Source: Paraspadella gotoi
Taxonomy: Eukaryota > Animalia > Chaetognatha
DNA: 64,000 nt
Reading direction: 5' to 3'
NCBI GenBank assembly: GCA_051294375.1
Contig: CM119265.1
Coordinates: 21,044,555-21,108,554 of the forward strand
Shown here: positions 1 through 11,713 of the stretch, piece by piece
How the letters are laid out: each line of letters opens with the position of its first letter
Position numbering within the stretch: position 1 is the first letter of the stretch
Position numbers and translations under genes: made by a program
The notes under the pieces: model-generated
Told to the model about the DNA's origin: nothing
The model's input: only the letters and a program-made list of their open reading frames with translations
The model's database searches: none

Positions 1-639
1 AGATAATTTGACATCGTGCTGAATGAGGTCGTATGAAAAATAAAAACAACTAATTTTCGCCGCAGCTCCTTTTCTTCTTTTTCGGAAAAGAAAACTAAAA
101 AACAAAATATAGGGAGGAAACAAAAAAAATTAAGACGTTCTTTTCGTTTCCAAACTGAGCAAATAAACAAACAAACAAACAAAGAAACGTAACAAACAAA
201 AAACATCAATAACATAAACGAGAACATAAACGAGAAGGTTCAACCGTCGGCCATGTTGCCCCGAGGGCGCTTCTACATTCTCCGTCCCCTGGCGGCGTTT
301 TTCTTCGTCCTTTGGATCGCGTGGATGACGTCACTGAATCTTCATCGACGTCACTTCCGGTTCGACGACGACGTCGACGACGACGACGAGGCGAACGTCG
401 GGCGACGAGTGAGGAGGCGCTGGAGATCCGAGNNNNNNNNNNNNNNNNNNNNNNNNNCAACAAAGACGGGATGCACACACACTCCAGGCTGCAGTTATGT
501 AATATAATCGCTGACTAGGCTTCTTACTCATATAAAAGAAAATCTGATCAGTATCTCATCTTCTTATCGCGAGGTTTAAGATATATCTGAGCTCACGACT
601 CTACCGATACAACGTGAATATTACTCTTCATTCTCGCTT

Positions 640-3600
640 TCAATTTCAATCTCCGTCGCGCTACGTATCGCGCGCCTCCGAGCGCCTGTCGACACACGGC
701 CCTGTTCGTTTGCTCCGCGCGCCGCGCGCGCGTCGACCGCTCGTGCGCACACAACTGCTTATCTTTCTTCTCCGCTTTCACAACCGACCGCTGCGACACG
801 CGCGCTCGGTCGCCCCGCGTTCCTCGACCTCCGGCAGGCGCTTGTCCGGCGATCCCGCAGAATTGAGACCTCCCGCCATCGGCTGTGGCTGCCCAACCCG
901 CCGCCTCTGGCTCTCTCGGCGCCGATCCTCGTAGTGCGCCCGCACGCGCCGATTTGCGCTCGATGGGCAGGACTTCGCGCCTCGCCGCCTCCATCACGTC
1001 CTCTCCGATGGCAGCGTGCTGCTTGCTGTTGCTCGCATCGCGGTGTCTTTGGGCGGGCATTCTCTCTCGCTCGCAACAGGGCGACAGCGTCGGCTTCCAG
1101 TCTTTGACAGCGCGGCGCGCGGCGCGTCGGCCGCGCGTTCCCGCGTGCGCGCGCCGCGTTTTCCCGTGGCGGCTCGTTCTGCCGTTTTTGCGGGCCGCGG
1201 TGGATTTTGCAATGAACCTGCTTCATCTTGATGGAATCCGTCGTAGACTTTCTTCGTCGTCCGCCGTAGCACCTTTTTGCGTCGCAGCTCACCGATCCCG
1301 CGGCGCGGAACCTCCGCGCTGGAAAACGTGTTCACTTTTTTCGTCCGACTTGCCTCCTCGAGGTTCGCGCAATCCTCGCGCTTCTCGCGGAATTGTCTGA
1401 AAAAGTCTCAGCGATCATTTGCTTAGTCGTTCCATGAACGACTGCGGAAGAGGGCGTCGCCAACCCTCTCTCGCATTTTCTTTTTCGATCGAGGACCGAG
1501 ATTGTTCTTAAAGTCGGCGTGGGACTTTAGCCCGATTGATTTGTTCGTCAGATCCATTCTTTCGATCGTCCGGAGAGAAATCTTCTTCATCGGCTCCGCG
1601 TCGGCCATTGGGGTGGTTTTCCGTCGTCCGCCGAGACTTCCGGCCGGGCCGACGACCATTTTGTTCGGTCTCCTCTGCGCCCGGAGGTGATTCTTGAGCG
1701 GCCCGCTCGACCTGACCGTCCATTGTGTCAGCATCGACGAATAGCGCCGGTTTTTCGGCACCGCCGCCTTGCAAAGAACCAACGTAAATCCTGAGAAACC
1801 CCCTTTACCGAACGGTGGCGTTGTCCGGCCCGATGGTATTCGCGCCGACGGGAGCTTCATGGCGAAATTTTTAAGAAGGCCGCGTGGGGTCGGCGTGGTG
1901 CGGCCGGGCTTGCGCATGATATGGGCGCGTTCGAAGTTGGAGGATTGGATTTGCGAGGCGTTGGAGACCGAGTCCGGGTTGGTTGAAGGGCGTCTACGGA
2001 GATGGACTAGGAGGATTGGGCGAGAGGTCAGACGGGCCGCGTCCCGTCGACGTCGCATCCGAGTTGACGCGCCGTCGACCCTGAGCTGTTTCGGGGGATT
2101 CCATCCCCGGTGAGGGGGCCGCAGTTTGAAAGCGGCTTCGTTAGGGCCCACTGTCTTGATTCCGCCACGAGTCGACGTTTTTTGGCCATTCTTGGCGAGG
2201 ATGGCAAGCACATTTTGAGGCGCCACCGACTCCGCGGCCCGAGAACTGATCTTCGTGGGCGGCCCATGCTCGGGTGCCTTCCTGTCTCTTTCTTCTGTGT
2301 GCAACTCGTCCGTTTCGCGGATCGAATCGTCGAAACTTCGCCTCTAGTGGACGGCGTTGCGTTGCGTCTCGACGGCGTCGCCGACCGGATTGGACCTTTG
2401 ATCCGCGGCGCGCCGGTTCTCTCCGAGGCGGAAGATGTTTCGAGATCGAGAGCCGGCTTCTGTCAATAGGGCTGCGTCTGAGGATTCGAAACGAAGATTT
2501 GGTGCAGAAGTGAACCAGAATTTGACGCAAAACTCGCGTTTCTTCTGCGAATTTCCTCTGCAGTTCCGACATCTTTCCGTCGTTTCGCAGCTGCTCGTTG
2601 CCGGCTTGCGGCGGAGGCGGCGGCCCTGGAATCTGACGGTCCGAACCCACGCCTCTTGAATCCCCAGCGGCGTCGGGACGAGCGGCGGCGCAATTTCCGA
2701 GGCCCGATCTTCCTGTTTCGGAGTGGCCCGTTTCCGGCACTCGGATCTCCGCTGTTTTGCTCGTCCCGTGTGACGGAAGATTCCGAGGTGCCCGCGAGTG
2801 CTCCGTCGTCAAGCCGCCTTCGATCGTCGGCGGCGGGCGTCGACGCGAGCGGTCGACGCTCCCCAGCGATTCCGTCATTCTCAGCGTCGGTTTCGAACGT
2901 CATCAAAAGTGGACGAGGATCGTGAAGCGAGACGCGCCGAACGTCGATGCCGTGGACCGAAGGACGGGTCGCCCTTTTGATGTTGACGTGTTGAGGCGGG
3001 GGCAGTTGGGATCGCGCCAGGAAGATGAGGGCTCCGTCCGAAGTCTGGCGCCGCCGGGCGGCATCTGCAGCCCAACCATCCCGTCCGTCCTCCGTCGGAC
3101 ACTTCAACCTCCTTGACGGAGGAGACGGCAGAGTTCGGCGCTCGGTGAGTGTCGCCGGTTCCCCGAGTCCTCGTCGGCGCGAAAAGCACCACCAGCTCCA
3201 CGGATATTTGGTCGTCACTGTGGAGATCCCGACTCGGGGGCTCGGTGCGGCGGCCCTGCACATCCATACCACTTGGGAGTGGATGAGCGTATTTGTTCGT
3301 TGCTCGTCGATCTTTAAGAGGCGGTCGCCGGATGAAGGCCCGTTAATTGTTTCATCAATTGAAAAACCCTATGATATTTATTATTAAATAGTGTTCCTAG
3401 TAAAAAGGAACCTGATTTGCCGCGTACCATCAACGTCGAGGTCGGGTCACAGTAGGCGTGGACGCCGATCGCGCCCTCCCCGGATGTAGAGTCCGAGGCT
3501 CTGAAATGGTTCGATCGAGGACAGCAGAGTCACGCGTCGCTCTATCATTGGTCGAGACGGAGGCTTGCCCGCGCCCGGGAGCGCCATCTCTTGTCGAGGT

Positions 3601-3770
3601 CTGCGGCGGCCCGCATGGGGTGCCGTGACGACCCTGGTGAAGAACCCTGACCTCGATCCGTGCCTTGTCGGCTTGGGATGTCGTCGGGCGAGCCGGTTGC
3701 CGACGACGTGGCCGTCTTGGGCCGAAGGGCGATTCCCACCCGACCTTTCTCGAACTGAGGATTGGGACAT
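640..3770 (-). pseudogene. Frameshifted copy of the tandem-PDZ gene (probably a noisy redundant assembly copy)
   Basis: Same MSQSSVRERS start at 3770 and the same peptides (MDLTNKSIGLKSHADFKNNL, KSTTDSIKMKQVH) spread over several frames. It becomes very degraded toward the gap at 433-457, so the end coordinate is approximate. Confidence 0.7.
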
Positions 3771-3980
3771 GTACTTTGCGATTATCAACTTATTTTTTGT
3801 CGGAGTATCGTCCTTTTATCCTCGAAATATGTATTCATTTTTTGTCATTCAGACAGATCAGAGTTCGAAATATTCCCAAGTTCTTTTTTTTTTGCGAAAG
3901 TCTCTGCAAAATGTGGCGCAGGGGACAGGATTTTTTGAAGTCGCACCAAAGAAAGAAAATTTCGGAGTTAAATTCGAAAA

Positions 3981-4281
3981 GAATGACATCAATTGAGCAT
4001 GACAAAAGAATGACAATTCAATTAGAGCGGATGACAAATAGAAATGACATCATTAGAGCGGATGACAAAAGAATACCATCATTAGACGGAATGACAGAAA
4101 AAAAAAAGAATGACATTATCATTAGAGCGGATGACAAGAGAATGACATCATTAGACGGATGAAAAAGAATGACATCATTAGAGACGGATGACAAGAGAAT
4201 GACATCTTAGAGCGGAGACAAAAAGAATGCCTCCATAGAGCGGATGAACAAAATAAGACATCAATTAGAGCGGATGACAAC
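3981..4281 (+). repeat. ~29-bp minisatellite (GAATGACATCATTAGAGCGGATGACAAAA)n, about 9-10 units
   Basis: Head-to-tail units visible directly, with no unique spacers. Confidence 0.9.
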
Positions 4282-5105
4282 AACCATTAAGGATTGACTC
4301 GAGGGGAGTTTTTTTCAATTTTTTTTTTTGGGGAGGTTATTTTTAACAATGAATTATTATTTCAAAAATCTAAATTTATTCGGGGCCTTATGTTATGACG
4401 ACGAAATATAAGGATTATGGAACATATTAAAGTACATAATACACTTTTAAAAATTTGAATTGATTTTAGATACCGTAGAAATGTGAACTTAATCAGATAA
4501 CAATTAGTGATGAAATTTAACTCGAAGATTCCTCGCAGCCAAAGGATAGTCCCTGACCAAAACCGAGAGACACCAGACCCCCAAAAAATCGTGAAAACGC
4601 TTTTCCGAGACGCGGCAGAAAATTAGGTTTTGTTGAGAAAGAGGAAGTTTCGCGGACTCGAGCACGATAAGAAATTTTTTGAAAAACCGCAATAAAAAAT
4701 GGAAAAAAGGTTTGCAAAAAAAAAAAAATAAATTGTCGTTCAACTCGAAAAAGATTCCGGATCTTTATGGAGACATTCGTTAATTGAGCCGGAGAAAACA
4801 CTTCGTAAAAAATCATCTCGTATATTTTGGTCTTTACGACCGCGCGAACGGAAATGACCAAAGCAAATGGCCTTTGCAAAAAACCCGCAAATTAGACTGG
4901 AGGCCAATGAGGCTCGCCAGGTGTTTTTGAGCCTTTCCAGCTCGGGATTTTTTTTAAATAAAACGAATATTTAAATCTCTAATTTCCTTCTTTGTGTCGT
5001 GACGTCGAGTCCTTCCCCAGGTTTTGCCCTTCGATTTCGCCTTCGAAAATTTCAAGGTGTTGAGAAATTCGCGGAAAGGATGGACAAATTCAACTCTTGG
5101 ATCGA

Positions 5106-5109
<4 letters not shown>

Positions 5110-5150
<41 letters not shown>

Positions 5151-5473
5151 ATCTCTCTCTCTCTTGAGGTAAAGGTGAAAAAGTTTGTCTTGAAGTTGAA
5201 CTCGGATCTTGGAAGGTTTGGCTTTGAATTGAAACTAATTAAATCTAAGTAATTCGTGTTAATATGTAATTATGTATAGTGGAGGTGTCGAGAAAAATGG
5301 CGAAACAAAAGAGAATGAATCGGATTATTGATCTATCTTTAAACGATCAACGTTGAATTATTATATCGTCCGGTGGTCCGCAAAAAGTCAAAAACCAAAT
5401 GATAATTGTTGATTAAGTCAACAAGAGAAGAGAGAAAGAGAGAGAGAGAGTGAGAGCTAGAGAGAGAGAGAGT

Positions 5474-5548
<75 letters not shown>

Positions 5549-5920
5549 GGAGAGAGCTGCGATCCATGCCCAAAAAAAATATTTCCACAGTTTTCTTCTT
5601 TTTCTTTTTTCTTTTTCCTTTTTCTTTTTCTTTTTTTTTTTTTATAACTACTGTTTCTCATTATTTCACTTGTTCCTTGTTTTCCTCGTGCGCTTGTTGC
5701 CGGGTTCCGCGAGGTAAGTTCGTCTCGGGTAGTTCGCTCTCGCCGACTCAATCTCCTCCGAAGTTTTTTTCTTTTTTCCGCCGAGGTGAGTTTTTGGCTT
5801 CGTCACGGCGATGAGAAGAGAGAGAAGAGAGAAGAGGAAGAGAGAGAGAAGAGAGAAGAGAGAGGAGAGAGAGAGAGAAGAGAGAGAGAGAGGAGAGAAG
5901 AAGAGAGAGAGAGAGGAGAG
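5110..5920. repeat. (CT)n/(AG)n microsatellite cluster, representative of many in the window (e.g. 8320-8510, 9260-9345, 37077-37150, 50940-50992, 57192-57273)
   Basis: Dinucleotide runs read directly. Confidence 0.95.
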
Positions 5921-6578
5921 ACGACAAGTGAGGGATAACAAAAAAATTTTTTTACCGAAATTAAAGAGAAAAGGAAAAAATTTCAAGCGACAAACGTGAC
6001 GATGAACGTAATGACGATGTCGACGAACGAAGATGAACGACGAACGACAACGGACGACAGTTGACCGACGGGACCGGGCCAAAGGCAAAAGAACTGAAAA
6101 ATTAAAGAGGCGAAGGAGTTTTCAACCTTAACATTCTTATTAAACTCATGATTAACGTCGTTTTTTCCATTTTCATCGCCTTTTTTTCTCTTTCTTTTTC
6201 TCTCCTTTTTTTTTCTTTCTCTCCTATTCTAATTTCTGTCTTTTATCCTTCTTTCATATTCTATCCTTTATATTTTTCAGACTTCTCCTCTTTCCCTTCT
6301 CCAAACCTCCTAATCTCCTCTCTTTCCCTTCTCCAAACTCTTCTAATCTCTTCTTTCCCTTCTCTAAACCTCTCTATCTCCTCTCTTTTCCCCCCTCCCC
6401 CCCTTTCCACCCCCACTCCTCCGCCTCACCTCACCTCCCTCTCGGTTCGAAAAATTCCCAGGTAAAACCCTAAAGTTAGAACGATCGAGTTTTTCAACAC
6501 CCAAGACTCTCTAATTGAAAACCTCCCGCGTGCACTCAATCTCTCTCTCTCTCTCCTATCTCTCTCTCTCTCTCCTCT

Positions 6579-6632
<54 letters not shown>

Positions 6633-8320
6633 CTCTCTCTCTCTCCCACTCGCTTGCAAGAAGAAAGATATGGATAACGCGAGCGCGATGAGAGGGAGAG
6701 AGAGGGAGAAAAAAAAACGCATTAAAAAACATTAAGAACATTAAAAACATAAAAAACATTAACTCCCTCGTAAACCCTGAGAATTCTCTTCAAAAACAAC
6801 GTCGTAAAAAGAAAGTAGAAAACAGCAAATAATATTTCTTTCCTTTCAAAAACAAATGTCTAATCGATTTTTAACCGTTTTTTTCGTGGGTGGCCAGAGA
6901 TTGGGAGAGAGATGCAGCCACCTGGTCATTGGTAAATTACCGATTGGTCTCATTTACGAAGAGGCACAATCACATTTTTAATTCGATATGACTTTTTGTC
7001 TATCACTGGATTAAATTTATATACCAATACATACTACTTATTTAACACCTCATAAAAGTGAACTTAAACGTCAGAGTCAATTCATTTTGTCCGTGATTGC
7101 CTATTCATTTTTTACGTTGCCTTTTTAGCCGGATAATAAGAAAAAATTAGCTCGTCTCTCTCAGAAAAAAAAAAGGAAAAAAAAAAAAGGAAAAAAAAGG
7201 GAAAAAAGGGAAAAAAAAAAGGGAAAAAAAACGGAAAAAAATCCCCCCCAAAAAAGCAAGGTGTGGCGTATCTTAACACCGGCCTCACGTCCACCATCGT
7301 TCAGCCAATACAATCCCGACGTTGCCTTCCAATCAACAGCCCTCACAAGACTTTCCTTCTGCGTTGGCATAAGTACACCCTTCTAAGGGTGACCGCGCTA
7401 AGTGACAGGAGACGTCACTAGGCGGAGCCCCCCAGAGCCAACATGAGATTCCCCAATTCCAATGGGCATCAAAGCAATCCGGCTGTTGCCTCTAAATAGC
7501 TCTGTTCTTTTAATACGAATTCCGGATTAAGTCACTCAGTAATTAAGTCACTCATTAATTAAAGTCACTCATTATTAAGTCATTCATTATTAAGTCACTA
7601 CATTCAGTGATCGGTCGGTCGGTCGCGCCAATAGTCACGATAACACGATGCTCGACTCTTCCGTTTTTTCTTTTCTCTCCCTTCTCTAGTGCGGACTGGC
7701 TGTCCCCCTCGTTTGTCATCCATAGTCGCTGCTATCGGAAAGTATTCCCTTCGACTCGATACGAAACATAGTGTATCGTTTCACGAAAAGAGGACGCCGG
7801 TTGGTTGTTTGCGATGACATCGAGTTGGGGCCTTGGTTGATGTTGTAATTGACAGCGGGGCCGGGCTGGGGCGAAGCGTGGCACTATATCAGCGGCGATG
7901 AGGAGTAGTGAAATTGGCTAATGAACTTTTTGGGGATGTATTGTTTTGGCCAATGGACGAGCGAATTTGGCTTCCATTTATGGTTAGTAATAACATGTAT
8001 ACGTTCAATATCAATTTTTTTTTTATCTTGGTCAGAAGAAGTATATAACTATTAATATACAGCTAAGTGGTATAAAGAGATACGGCTATATCATGAGTGA
8101 TGATTGTAGTTTGAAACACTTGGAGAAATCAAGTCATCGAAAATTTATGAACTGAAAAGTACATTTGATGGTCGCAACAAATGGAAAACACTCTAAAATT
8201 GGTTAATTGGTTAAAAGAGGAGGACAAAAATGTTTTGATTAATGGATGAACAAAAACGAAAAATGAATAGAGAAAAAAATGTGATCAAATTGGGTCCTGA
8301 TGCCAAATGGGCATATCCTT

Positions 8321-8407
<87 letters not shown>

Positions 8408-8554
8408 CTTCACTCTCCTTCCGCCCATTCCCTCCCACTCTCTGCTTGTCCTCTCTCTCTCTCTTCTCCTCTCTCTCTTCTCTCTCTCTCCTCCTCTCTC
8501 TTTCACTCTCCTTCCGCCCATTCCCCTCCCCCTCCCCTCTCTCTCGCCTAAAAC

Positions 8555-8987
8555 TCACCTCGGATTCCAGCGCCTCCTCAACTCGTCGCCCGACGTTCGC
8601 CTGTCGTCGTCGTCGACGTCGTCGTGAACCGGAAAAGTGACGTCGATGAAGATTCATGACGTCATCGCACGCGATCCCAAAGACGAAGATAAAAACGCCG
8701 CCATGGGGAAACGACGAATGTAGAAGCGCCCTCGGGGCACATGGCGACGGTTGAACCTTCCTCGTTTATGTTCTTCGTTATGTTTATTGATGTTCTAATT
8801 TGTTTGTTACGTTTTTTGTTTTTTGTTTGTTGTTTGTTTATTTGCTCCAGTTTTGAAACAAAAAAAGTCATGTCTTTTGTTTTTAGTTGTTTTTTTTTTT
8901 CGCGAAAAAGAAGAAAATGAGCTTGCGCGCGAAATTAGTTGTTTATTTTTCATACGAACTCCTTCAAGCACGATGTCATAATTATCT
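8555..8987 (-). repeat. Inverted copy of window positions 1-432
   Basis: ggattccagcgcctcctcaactcgtcgcccgacgttcgcc matches the reverse complement of ~390-430; the match continues to position 1. Confidence 0.85.
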
Positions 8988-9257
8988 GAATGAAAGAAAA
9001 ACAGGTTGATCATATTTAAATAGCAAAAATTCAACATTAGGTTTAAAAAAATACCAAAATCGCCTGAAATCCCAACTTTTCTCTAATTAAATTGTCCTCT
9101 GCAAATCCGCGTCGAAACGTCGATCTTTCATTCTCGTTCGACAACTTTGTATTTTTTCGAAAAAGTGAATTTCATAGACTTTTTCTCTTTGTTCTTGTGG
9201 TCATTTGCGAGCACTCTACTCTAATCCTCGTTAATTCCAATGGCAAAATAGCCAATT

Positions 9258-9316
<59 letters not shown>

Positions 9317-9906
9317 AAGAGAAGAGAGAGAGAGAAGACGAGAGAGAAACCAAAAAGGTGAGATGAAAACAATTAAAATTAAAAAAACTCTTTACTCATT
9401 AATTGTCTTCTTTCTACGCGATTCACATCTTCGCCTCTTTGATTACGACGAAATTAGCCACGGGTGAAGATCGTAATGGAATCCCCAACCATCGATCTTA
9501 ATTCTCCTCGGATGAAACTCTATGGATCAACTACTCCGTACATTACGCATTTTCATTCAAATTTCCTCTTTATGGCATTTTTTATTTTTTGCGCTAACTT
9601 TTGTTGTCATAGTGAATTGTATGTAAACTAATGTTGATTTTCTTGACAAATTTTTTATTTATTCTTTGTTACTTATTTAAATCTTTTTTGTTGTTGCTGT
9701 TTTTTGCTTTTGGTTGTGGTTATAATTTTTTTTATTCCACTCCACGCAGTGCGCCGCGCGACGCGCTTCGGTAATTAAGGAAAAGAGACGAATGAATCGC
9801 GGAACAAAAGAAAAAAGGAAATAAAAAAAAAACGTGAAAAATTGAAGGAGTCGTTTTAAAATAAAAATGGAAAACTGGAAACAAAAGAAAAACCGCGCAC
9901 GAGAGT

Positions 9907-9961
<55 letters not shown>

Positions 9962-10001
9962 AGAGAGAGAGAGATGGGGAGGGGGAATGGGCGAAGAGAG
10001 G

Positions 10002-10093
<92 letters not shown>

Positions 10094-10721
10094 TATGCCC
10101 ATTTGGATTAGCCCATTGATCATTTTTTTCTCTATTCATTTTTCGTTTTTGTTCATCCATTAATCAAAACATTTTTGTCCATCCTCTTTAACCATTAACC
10201 AATTAGAGTGTTTTCCATTTTGTTGCGACCATCAAATGTCACTTTTCAGTTCGATAATTTTCGATGACTTGTATTTCTCCAAGTGTTCAAACTACAATCA
10301 TCATCATGATATAGCCGTATCTCTTTATACCACTTAGCTGTATATTAATAGTTATATCACTTCTTCTGACCAAGATAAAAAAAAAATTATATTGTACGTA
10401 TACAATGTTATACTATACATAAATGGAAGCCAATTCGCTGGTCCATTGCCTAACAAGTCATCCCCAAAAAGTTCATTAGACAATTCATCCCTCTCGCCGC
10501 TGTGCCCGCTTCGCCCAGCCGCGCCCGCTGTCAAATACAACATCGGCATCGGTGACAAACCGCGTCTCTTTTGCTGACGTCACTTGTTTCGTATCGAAGT
10601 CGAGGGATTTCGGCGACTTAATGATGAGAGGGGGACGCAGTCGCTAGAGAAGGGAGAGAAAAGAAAAACGGAAGTCGAGGCATCGTGGTTGCTAATTGAC
10701 CGACCGACCGACCGACAGAAT

Positions 10722-10790
10722 GAGTGACTTAATCCGGAATGAGTGACTTAATTAATGAGTGACTTAATTAATGAGTGACTTAATCCGGAA
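10722..10790 (+). repeat. 16-bp tandem repeat (GAGTGACTTAATTAAT) preceded by (GACC)n; inverted copy at ~7522-7625
   Basis: About four units read directly. Confidence 0.75.
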
Positions 10791-10817
10791 TTCGTATAAA
10801 AGAAAAGAGCCTATTAG

Positions 10818-11055
10818 GGCAACAGCCGGATTGCTTGTGATGCCCATTGGAATGGGGAATCTCATTGTTGGCTTTGGGGGCTTCCGACCCTAAGTGACGT
10901 CTCCTGTCACTAGCGCGGTCACCCTAGAAGGGTGTACTTTGCCAACGCAGAAGGAAGTCGTGAGGGCTGTGATTGGAAGGCAACGCTCGGGATGGTATTG
11001 GCTGAACGATGGTGGACGTGAGGCGGTGTTAATATACCGCCACACCTTGCTTTTT
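10818..11055. other. ~240-nt dispersed structured element, variant A (inverted copy at 7251-7490)
   Basis: Shares conserved blocks with 56015-56256: GGCAACAGCCGG, TTGGAATGGGGnATCTCA, GTTGGCTTTGG, GGGCTTCCGACCCT, GCGCGGTyACCCTAG, TTGCCAACGC and ATGGTATTGGCTGAACGATGGTGGACGTGArGCGGTG. Confidence 0.75.
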
Positions 11056-11713
11056 GGGGGGATTTTTTTCCTTTTTTTTTCCTTTTTTTTTTCTTTTTTT
11101 TTTGGGAGAGAGACGAGCTAATTTTTCTTATTAATACCGGCTAAATGAATAGGCAATCACGGACAAAATGATTGACTCTGACGTTAAGCCACTTTTATGA
11201 GGGTAAATAAGTAGTATGTATGTATATAAATTTAATCCAGTGATAGACAAAAGTCATATCGAATAAAATGTGATTGTGCCTCTTCGATAAATGAGACCAA
11301 TCGGTAATTTACCAATGACCAGTGGCTGCATCTCTCTCCCAATCTCTGGCCACCACGAAAAAAAAAGGTAAAAATCGATTAGACATTTGTTTTGAAAGAA
11401 GAAAATATTATTGCTGTTTTCTATTTTCTTTTTTACGACGTTGTTTTGAAGAGAATTCTCAGGTTTACGAGGGAGTTAATGTTTTTTTATGTTTTTAATG
11501 TTCTTAATGTTTTTAATGCGTTTTTTTTTCTCCCTCTCTTCAACAAATTCAGCTGCAAGTATTGTGAAAATATAATCGTGGACTAGGCTTCCTTACTCCA
11601 ATATAAACAAAAAAAATCTGATCAGTATGTATTTTGTCTGCTACATTGCATACTATGCTTTTTGGAGCATCGACTTATAATTACCAAGTGAATTAAACTT
11701 ATGTTCATTTGTT

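Larger units (their letters stand above)
6700..11540. repeat. Inverted duplication with arms ~6700-8550 and ~9905-11540
   Basis: 6700 agagggagaaaaaaaaacgcattaaaa is the reverse complement of ~11510-11539; 8307-8320 tgggcatatcctt is the reverse complement of ~10090 aaggatatgccca. Confidence 0.85.

Noticed and set aside
320-365. TGACGTCA and CACTTCCGG (CRE/ETS-like) motifs as a promoter
   Set aside because: Short motifs in CpG-rich, low-complexity DNA with no linked transcript evidence.
3981-4281. 29-bp repeats as a CRISPR array or lac-operator array (GAGCGGATGACAA resembles lacO)
   Set aside because: No unique spacers, no cas genes and a eukaryotic context. The lacO similarity is partial and lacks the symmetric operator.
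5413-6722. ORFs rich in ER/RE, SL/LS, F or K, here and throughout the window
   Set aside because: Translations of (AG)n/(CT)n and poly-A/T tracts.
7251-7490. 240-nt element as RNase P/MRP RNA, HDV-like ribozyme or telomerase RNA
   Set aside because: GGAAAGTC-like and AAyCCGGCT motifs fall on opposite strands. (C/T)TCACGT is not closed by a P3 stem. ACCCTA(A) is too short and variable to be a telomerase template.
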